A stretch of 59,724 nucleotides of DNA from Myxococcota bacterium. GTDB taxonomy: Bacteria; Myxococcota; JACRCW01. A program made the translations under genes and the position numbers. The notes beneath the pieces were generated by a model. It worked only from the letters and a program-made list of their open reading frames with translations, ran no database searches and had not been told where the DNA came from. Positions 53,634-59,724 of the stretch are shown here, one piece after another. The first letter of the stretch is position 1; each line of letters starts with the position of its first letter. The DNA lies in assembly GCA_040752415.1 (NCBI GenBank), contig JBFMGU010000028.1, forward strand, positions 1-59,724, in the 5' to 3' direction.

Positions 53634-54926
53634 CTACTTCTGCTCGCGCGTAACGGTCATGCGCGTGGCGGCGGGCTTGTCGGAGGTGCGCGCGTCCAGC
53701 TCCTCCAGCGGCGGCGCGAACGACGCGGCAAACAGCGCCCCACCCAGCCCCAACGCCGCCAGGCTGAGCAGCGCGAACACTCCCGCGACGACGAGGTCAC
53801 CGCCCATGGCGGGTCCCACGTGCTGCTCCTCCTTGGCCGCGTACCGCCACCCCAGCCCGCAGACGTTGAGGATGTTGGTGTTGGGCATGGGCGGGCTTGT
53901 GGTGGCCGAAGACACGAAGTTGGCCTCACACGTCTGCGGCGACATCACCGCCATCGGGCCCGCAAAGGCCACGTCAGCGAAGAAGAGGCTCCCGACGAGC
54001 AGCGGCGGCAGGAAGCCCAGCGCCACCACCGGGCCCAGCCAGGTGGGGACGCGGAGCGGCGAGGACTTCTTGTCCGGCGTGGCCACGCGACCGTCGTCGG
54101 TGATGTAGGGCTGCGGCTGGTTGCTGGAGGTGCTCACCAGCGAGGTCCCCGGCGGAGGAATCTGGAGGACCATGATTTCCTCGAAGCGGATGTCCAGCAC
54201 CTCGGTCATCACGGGCTTGCCGCCGCGGGTGACCTCCAGGTTGTGCTTGCCCACGCGCAACGGCACCCGCAACGAGGTGGTCCCCGACGACACCGACTGC
54301 CGCTGGCCATCCACGGTGACCTCGGCGGTGGGCTCATAGGCATTGAGCACCAGCGTGCCCACGTGTTTCTCCGGCGTGGCCAGGCGGACCACCACCTCAC
54401 GCAGCTCCAGCTCACGCTGGCGGGAATTGGCGGAGAGCAGACCCGAGACGCGGCCCAGCTCACGCACCGCTTCCACGTCGACGAGGCGCAGCTCCAGCCC
54501 GGTCTCGGTACCCACGGTGCGCAGCGTGCCGGCCAACACCCGACCGGCCTGAAGCTTCCGCCCCGCATCCGCCAGGCAGCGGTTCTGGTTGGCGCATTCC
54601 GGACCGGCCTCCTGGCGCGCAGCGTCGACGTCACTGTTGCTGACCAGGCGCGGACCCAGCGCGGTCTCCAGCTGGACGCGCAGCGTGTTGCCGACCTCGT
54701 TGGCCAGCTCCGGGGGCGTGCCCTCAACGGCCAGCGGCCACCACACCACACGCTCGGCAACGGTGGGCTCACCGGACGCCACCGGGGGCGGAGCGGCCTG
54801 CGGCGCGGGTGCGGCGTCCGCGGGTGCAGGTGTGGGGGCTGGTTGGGCAGCCGCGGGGATGATGCAGGCCAGCCACAGCAGCCCGGTTGTCACGCCAGTG
54901 CGAATCCTCGTCGTCATGCGCCCCAC
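53634..54926 (-). CDS. Exported protein with PEGA-like domain and C-terminal TM helices
   Basis: Signal peptide, Pro/Ala linker, CANQNRCLA helical domain, AEVTVDG...VGKHNLEV, hydrophobic C-terminal helices; GTG 54926 after GGAGG (alternative ATG 54917). Confidence 0.65.
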   Translation of the reverse strand: MGRMTTRIRTGVTTGLLWLACIIPAAAQPAPTPAPADAAPAPQAAPPPVASGEPTVAERVVWWPLAVEGTPPELANEVGNTLRVQLETALGPRLVSNSDVDAARQEAGPECANQNRCLADAGRKLQAGRVLAGTLRTVGTETGLELRLVDVEAVRELGRVSGLLSANSRQRELELREVVVRLATPEKHVGTLVLNAYEPTAEVTVDGQRQSVSSGTTSLRVPLRVGKHNLEVTRGGKPVMTEVLDIRFEEIMVLQIPPPGTSLVSTSSNQPQPYITDDGRVATPDKKSSPLRVPTWLGPVVALGFLPPLLVGSLFFADVAFAGPMAVMSPQTCEANFVSSATTSPPMPNTNILNVCGLGWRYAAKEEQHVGPAMGGDLVVAGVFALLSLAALGLGGALFAASFAPPLEELDARTSDKPAATRMTVTREQK

Positions 54927-54963
54927 GTTGGCCTCCCGTGCGGTCACGGTACCACACGCACGC

Positions 54964-56670
54964 TCAGACCATCGAGACGCGACGCGGATACAGCGGGAAC
55001 TTGCGCGTGAGCGCGTGGACCTTCGCGCGGATGGCGCCGAGCGCGGCGTCGTCGTCACGGGCCTTGATGGCGGCCAGGCACAGCTCACCAATGAGCTCCA
55101 TCTCCTTCTCACCCATGCCGCGGGAGGTGACCGCCGGCGTCCCGAAGCGCACACCGCTGGTGACGGCGGGTTTCTGGGTGTCGAAGGGGATCATGTTCTT
55201 GTTCACGGTGATGCCGGCCTTGCCCAGCGCGTTCTCACACTCCTTGCCGTTGCTGTTGAACGGGCGCACGTCGAGGAGCATGAGGTGGTTGTCCGTGCCA
55301 CCGCTGACCAGCTTGCCGCCGCCCTGCGTGAGCACCCGCGCCAACGCCTGCGCGTTCTTCACAATCTGCCGCTGGTAGTCCTTGAACGCAGGCTGCAGCG
55401 CCTCCTGGAAGCACACCGCCTTGGCGGCAATGACGTGCATCAGCGGGCCACCCTGCGTGCCCGGGAACACGCGGCTGTCCACCACCTTCTGCTCGGAGGC
55501 CTTGCACAGGATCATGCCGCCACGCGGGCCGCGCAGCGTCTTGTGCGTGGTGGTGGTGACGAACTCCGCGTGCGGGACGGGATTGGGATGGATCCCCGCC
55601 GCCACCAGGCCGGCAATGTGCGCCATGTCCACGAACAGCTTGGCGCCCACGCCGCGGGCAATGGACGCGAAGCGCTCGAAGTCGATGGTGCGCGGGTACG
55701 CGCTGGCGCCGGCGAGGATCAGCTTGGGCCGGTGCTCCTCGGCGAGCTTCTGGAGGTGGTCGTAGTCAATCCGGTGGTCCTCCTCGCGCACGCCGTAGGG
55801 GATGATCTTGTAGAGCCGGCCGCTGAAGTTCACGGCGGATCCGTGGGTCAGGTGCCCGCCGTGATCCAGGTTCATGGCCAGGACCTTGTCGCCCGGATCC
55901 ACCGCGGCCATGTACACGGCGAGATTGGCCGAAGCGCCGGAGTGCGGCTGCACGTTCGCGTGATCGGATCCGAAGAGCTGCTTGGCGCGGTCGATGGCGA
56001 GTTGCTCGATGACGTCGTGGAACTCGCAGCCGCCGTAGTAGCGCTTGCCGGGATAGCCCTCCGCGTACTTGTTGGTGAGCGGGCTGCCCATGGCCTCCAG
56101 CACCGCCTCGGAGACAAAGTTCTCGCTGGCAATGAGCTCCAGCCCCTCCGCCTGGCGCCGCGTCTCCTTGCCGATGAGGTCGAAGATCTGCGGGTCGGTC
56201 CCGTGCAGCGGGCTGCCATTGGCTGACTGTGCCTGCGCGTCAAAGGCGCCAATCTTCTGCACGCGCGTCTCGTGACGCCCGCCCTCGAAGGAGGTCTTCA
56301 GGAACGCGTCCACGATGTCGGCGGCGACGCCGGAGCCCACCACGCGCTCCCCCAGGCAGAGCACGTTGGCGTTGTTGTGCGCCCGGGCCATGCGCGCCTG
56401 CCACTCCAGCGTGCAGTTGGCGGCGCGGATGCCAGGCAGCTTGTTGGCGGTGATGGCCACGCCGGTGCCGCTGCCGCAGACCAGGATGCCCAGGTCGGCC
56501 TGACCGCCGGTGACGGCGCTGGCGACGGCGGGGACCACGTCCGGGTAGTCCACCTTGGCTTCACCGGTGGGGCCCACGTCCGCGACGGGGATGTTGCGCT
56601 CCTGCAGGAGCTTGAGGACTTCCGACTTGAGCCGCTGACCGGCGTGATCCGCTGCGATGACCAGTTTCAT
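54964..56670 (-). CDS. glyA: Fused ribose-5-phosphate isomerase B + serine hydroxymethyltransferase (RpiB-GlyA)
   Basis: N-term [29 protein letters not shown] (RpiB); in frame with [57 protein letters not shown] (SHMT). Confidence 0.94.
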   Translation of the reverse strand: MKLVIAADHAGQRLKSEVLKLLQERNIPVADVGPTGEAKVDYPDVVPAVASAVTGGQADLGILVCGSGTGVAITANKLPGIRAANCTLEWQARMARAHNNANVLCLGERVVGSGVAADIVDAFLKTSFEGGRHETRVQKIGAFDAQAQSANGSPLHGTDPQIFDLIGKETRRQAEGLELIASENFVSEAVLEAMGSPLTNKYAEGYPGKRYYGGCEFHDVIEQLAIDRAKQLFGSDHANVQPHSGASANLAVYMAAVDPGDKVLAMNLDHGGHLTHGSAVNFSGRLYKIIPYGVREEDHRIDYDHLQKLAEEHRPKLILAGASAYPRTIDFERFASIARGVGAKLFVDMAHIAGLVAAGIHPNPVPHAEFVTTTTHKTLRGPRGGMILCKASEQKVVDSRVFPGTQGGPLMHVIAAKAVCFQEALQPAFKDYQRQIVKNAQALARVLTQGGGKLVSGGTDNHLMLLDVRPFNSNGKECENALGKAGITVNKNMIPFDTQKPAVTSGVRFGTPAVTSRGMGEKEMELIGELCLAAIKARDDDAALGAIRAKVHALTRKFPLYPRRVSMV

Positions 56671-56704
56671 GGCCGCAGCGGCCTAGCACACTCTGGCGCC
56701 GTGT

Positions 56705-57427
56705 TCAGGCCTCTTTGCAGAGCGAGAGGAGGTCGCGCAGGCCGTCCCGCAGCTCCTCCAACAGGCGGGCGTCGGCCTTCCCCAGGGCCAGCGTGAGCTG
56801 CTGGGTGCTCTGGGGCGTGAGCGAGGGAAGCACGCTGGCCGCGCTGCGGGCCCGGGCCGCGTCCGGCACCTCCGAGGGCGCCACCGCGGCGGGCACCACC
56901 GACGGGGCGTCCGGTGCCAATGGGACCACGGACTCCGCGGCGGTGGGCGGTGAGGTGGGCGGCAGCGACGTCTGGCGACCGGTCCCGCGCGTGTCCTCCT
57001 GCTCCTTCAGCACCTTGCGCGCGCCGGCAATGGTGAAGCCGCGCTCATAGAGCAGGTGGCGGATGTCAATGAGCTGTTCCACTTCTCGTCGACGATACAG
57101 GCGCTGACCGCTCCGGCTCTTCTGCGGGCGGACCTGCGGGAACTCCGTCTCCCAGTAGCGCAGCACGTACGGCTTCACGCCCAGCAGCGTGGCCACCTCG
57201 CCAATGCGGAAGTAGCGACGGTCCGGCAGCTGCGCGGCGCTCTTGACCGGGACCTCCACGGCGCCCGGGACCTGCGAAGGCGGCCGGGACCGACGCGCGG
57301 CGGTGGGACCCGCGGTGCCGCCAGACTCCGCCCCTGCCTGGGCCCGCGCGGACTCCTCCCATCCCGGGTCCGAGGCCACGGCCACGCCACCTGGAGAGAC
57401 GGCACCGGTCTGACGCGGGGCGGTCAT
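56705..57427 (-). CDS. MerR-family HTH regulator of the type found downstream of ihfA
   Basis: YFRIGEVA...[11 protein letters not shown]...KSRSGQRLY...[14 protein letters not shown]; low-complexity extensions. Confidence 0.88.
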   Translation of the reverse strand: MTAPRQTGAVSPGGVAVASDPGWEESARAQAGAESGGTAGPTAARRSRPPSQVPGAVEVPVKSAAQLPDRRYFRIGEVATLLGVKPYVLRYWETEFPQVRPQKSRSGQRLYRRREVEQLIDIRHLLYERGFTIAGARKVLKEQEDTRGTGRQTSLPPTSPPTAAESVVPLAPDAPSVVPAAVAPSEVPDAARARSAASVLPSLTPQSTQQLTLALGKADARLLEELRDGLRDLLSLCKEA

Positions 57428-57485
57428 GAACTGCGCCTCCACAGAGCTCAATGGGATGGGGGTCAGGAGGAAGGGGTCTAGGGGT

Positions 57486-57761
57486 TCAGCCGTTCAACGC
57501 GTTCTTGAGGACCTGGCTGGGCTTGAAAGTCAGCACGCGGCGCGCGGAAATCTCAATCTCCTCGCCCGTCTGCGGATTGCGCCCAATGCGCGGCTTCTTC
57601 TCGCGCACCACGAAGTTGCCAAATCCGGAAATCTTGATCTTGTGGCCCTGTTCCAGCGTTTCCTTGATGGTGTCGAACACCAGCTCCACGATCTCCGCGG
57701 AATCACGCTTGGAGAACCCGATCTTCTCGTAGACCGCCTCGATGATTTCTGCCTTGGTCAT
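57486..57761 (-). CDS. ihfA: Integration host factor subunit alpha
   Basis: MTKAEII...KISGFGNF...[27 protein letters not shown]. Confidence 0.94.
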   Translation of the reverse strand: MTKAEIIEAVYEKIGFSKRDSAEIVELVFDTIKETLEQGHKIKISGFGNFVVREKKPRIGRNPQTGEEIEISARRVLTFKPSQVLKNALNG

Positions 57762-57827
57762 TGTGGAGCGCCTCGCTGGTTCTCTGTTGGGCCGGGCGCG
57801 AAAGATGTTGCCCACCACGGTTCACTG

Positions 57828-58772
57828 TCAAGGCTTCTGCCGCGCTCGCGCGTTGCGTTGAAGGCGCTTGACGCCGGCGCGCGCCAAGGGGGTGCCGGTG
57901 AGCTCCGGCAAGGACGCAACCGTCGCGCGGGAGTCAAGCGCTGAAGTGGGGATGAAGGCCAACTCCGCGCGCGACGCGAGCTGGGGGTTGAGCACACCAC
58001 GGGAACCCCAGGGGCAGACCTCCTGGCAGATGTCGCAGCCGAAGACCCAGTCGTGGAGCGGGGGTGCGTGAGGCGGGAGCTCGTCGTCAAAGCACTCCAC
58101 GTTGAAGGCGGTGATGCAGCGGCGCGCATCCAGCGTCCGCGCCTCCGTCAGCGCACCGGTGGGACACGCGTCCAGGCAGCGCGTGCACGTGCCGCAGTGG
58201 TCCGCGGTGAACGGCGCGTCGGGGGCGAGCTCCAGCGTGGTGATGAGGGAGCCGAGCAGCGTGTACGTGCCGTGCGTGCGGGAGAGCAGCATGGCGTTCT
58301 TCCCAATCCAGCCCAGCCCCGCGGCGCGCGCCCAGGAACGCTCCAGCACGGCGCCGGTGTCGGCGGCAACGTAGGCGTCGGTGCCGGGGTACTCGGCGCG
58401 CAGGCGGCCGCGGAGGCTGCGCAGTCGCTTGATGAACGGGTTGTGATAGTCGCGACGGGCGGCGTAGCGCGCGACCTTGAGGTGCGGCTCCGCGGGTGGC
58501 TCCGGGCGTGGCTCCAGGTAGCCCATCATGACCACGACGACGCTGCGGGCGCCGGGGAGGAGGACGCGCGGGTCGCAGCGCTCGGGCACGCGCTCGGAGA
58601 GGTACGGGATGGGGTCCATGCGGCCCTCGGCCAGGGCGCGACGGAAGTGGTGTGCGTCGGGGGCGAGGTCGGCGCGGGCGATTCCCACGTCGTCAAAGCC
58701 GAGGGCGCGCGCCTGGGATTTCACCCACGCGGCGGCGGTGACGGGGTCAGGTTGCGTTGCCGGGTCCGCCAT
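57828..58772 (-). CDS. queG: Epoxyqueuosine reductase
   Basis: ARYAARRDYH, DTGAVLER, AGLGWIGKN, CGTCTRCLDACPT, DARRCI, FGCDICQEVCPW. Confidence 0.93.
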   Translation of the reverse strand: MADPATQPDPVTAAAWVKSQARALGFDDVGIARADLAPDAHHFRRALAEGRMDPIPYLSERVPERCDPRVLLPGARSVVVVMMGYLEPRPEPPAEPHLKVARYAARRDYHNPFIKRLRSLRGRLRAEYPGTDAYVAADTGAVLERSWARAAGLGWIGKNAMLLSRTHGTYTLLGSLITTLELAPDAPFTADHCGTCTRCLDACPTGALTEARTLDARRCITAFNVECFDDELPPHAPPLHDWVFGCDICQEVCPWGSRGVLNPQLASRAELAFIPTSALDSRATVASLPELTGTPLARAGVKRLQRNARARQKP

Positions 58773-59475
58773 TGGCCCACTGGGCTTCCAGGATGGACAG
58801 CGCTGCGGCCGCTGCCCGCTGGGTGGCCTCCTTCTTGTTGCGACCTTCACTCGATGTAATCACCTTGTCCTGCACCAGCAGCTCGACGACAAACCGGTCC
58901 TCCCGGCCATCCCCGCGGTCCGCGGCGATGCGGTAGCTGGGCACCTGCTTGAGGTGACGCTGGACCAGCTCCTGGAGCTCCGTCTTGTAGTCGCGACGAC
59001 CGGGGCGGTCCCCGGCGGCGGAGAGCGCGTCCTCGAACCAGCGGCCCACCGCGGCGTCGGCGGCGGAGAGGCCACCGTCCAGGAAGATGGCGCCCAGGAT
59101 GGCCTCCACGGCGTCGGCGAGGATGCGCGGCTTCTGGCGGCCACCGGTCTTCTCCTCGCCCGCGCCCAGGCGCAGCGCGTTGGCCACGCCGAGGCGGACC
59201 GCGGTCTCGGCGAGCATGGCCTCGTTCACGATGGCGTTGCGCATCTTGCTCAGCACGCCCTCACCGGCGGCGGGATGCGCGCGGAGGAGGCGGTCGCGGA
59301 TGATAAGCTCCAGCACGGCGTCACCCAGGAACTCCAGGCGCTGGTTGTGACGCGGGGCCTCCCGGGGGTTCTCGAACGCGTAGGAGGGATGGGTCAGCGC
59401 TTCTGCGAGGAGGACGGGGTCCTTGAACTGGTGCCCCAGCGCGGCAACCAGGGCGACGACGCTGCCGCTGGACAT
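58747..59475 (-). CDS. rnc: Ribonuclease III (start could extend to GTG 59526)
   Basis: ALTHPS, NQRLEFLGDAVL, ILADAVEAILGAIFLD, dsRBD DYKTELQE...GRNKKEATQRAA. Confidence 0.94.
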   Translation of the reverse strand: MSSGSVVALVAALGHQFKDPVLLAEALTHPSYAFENPREAPRHNQRLEFLGDAVLELIIRDRLLRAHPAAGEGVLSKMRNAIVNEAMLAETAVRLGVANALRLGAGEEKTGGRQKPRILADAVEAILGAIFLDGGLSAADAAVGRWFEDALSAAGDRPGRRDYKTELQELVQRHLKQVPSYRIAADRGDGREDRFVVELLVQDKVITSSEGRNKKEATQRAAAAALSILEAQWANGGPGNAT

Positions 59476-59551
59476 CCCGCTGGCGGCCGAAGGCCGGGGG
59501 TTGAGCTTGGGGGGAGGCGGAGCCACGTCGAGAGGGTCTACCACGCGTGGC

Positions 59552-59591
59552 GGGTGTCTGAAACGTGGACAGGGTGTCTGAAAAACGGACA
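59552..59591. promoter_or_regulatory. Two tandem 20-bp repeats, each an imperfect palindrome TGTC-N9-GACA
   Basis: GGGTGTCTGAAACGTGGACA then GGGTGTCTGAAAAACGGACA, upstream of rnc. Confidence 0.65.
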
Positions 59592-59724
59592 GCGCGGCCG
59601 CAGGGGCACGTGCGACGGGTGGTGGCGGGTCGTCCCCCCCCACCCGGCCGCCTGCCCGGCTTCACTGGTTTCTCGTCGTGGCGGCCGACCTCCCCCACGG
59701 TGTGGGGAGGCGTAGATGTGCCGC

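Overview
GC-rich bacterial chromosomal window, most likely Myxococcota (inference from a Dsg-like IF3 with probable AUC start and C-terminal extension, an FHA-GAF sigma-54 activator, a CglD/beta-integrin-like lipoprotein and several Cys/Ser-rich lipoproteins). Housekeeping genes: infC, gltA, sdhCAB, recJ, tatD, ihfA, an IHF-beta/HU gene, typA, an rpiB-glyA fusion, pduO-type adenosyltransferase, queG, rnc and tRNA-Val(CAC). Accessory blocks: (i) an 11 kb low-oxygen/C1 module encoding a compact two-subunit NAD-linked formate dehydrogenase, a formate channel, pyruvate:ferredoxin oxidoreductase and PEP synthase, with a sigma-54 -24/-12 motif before each of three segments; (ii) a vapBC module with heptad operator-like repeats facing an orphan ParD-like antitoxin; (iii) a 1003-aa lipoprotein with Cys-rich repeats, TSP3-like Ca-binding repeats and a beta-integrin-type VWA domain; (iv) a 166-bp element bounded by perfect 38-bp inverted repeats; (v) a partial reductive pyrimidine catabolism operon with two small unexplained genes interleaved. 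No CRISPR array, integrase, transposase or reverse transcriptase was seen. All calls come from reading motifs by eye; no searches were run.
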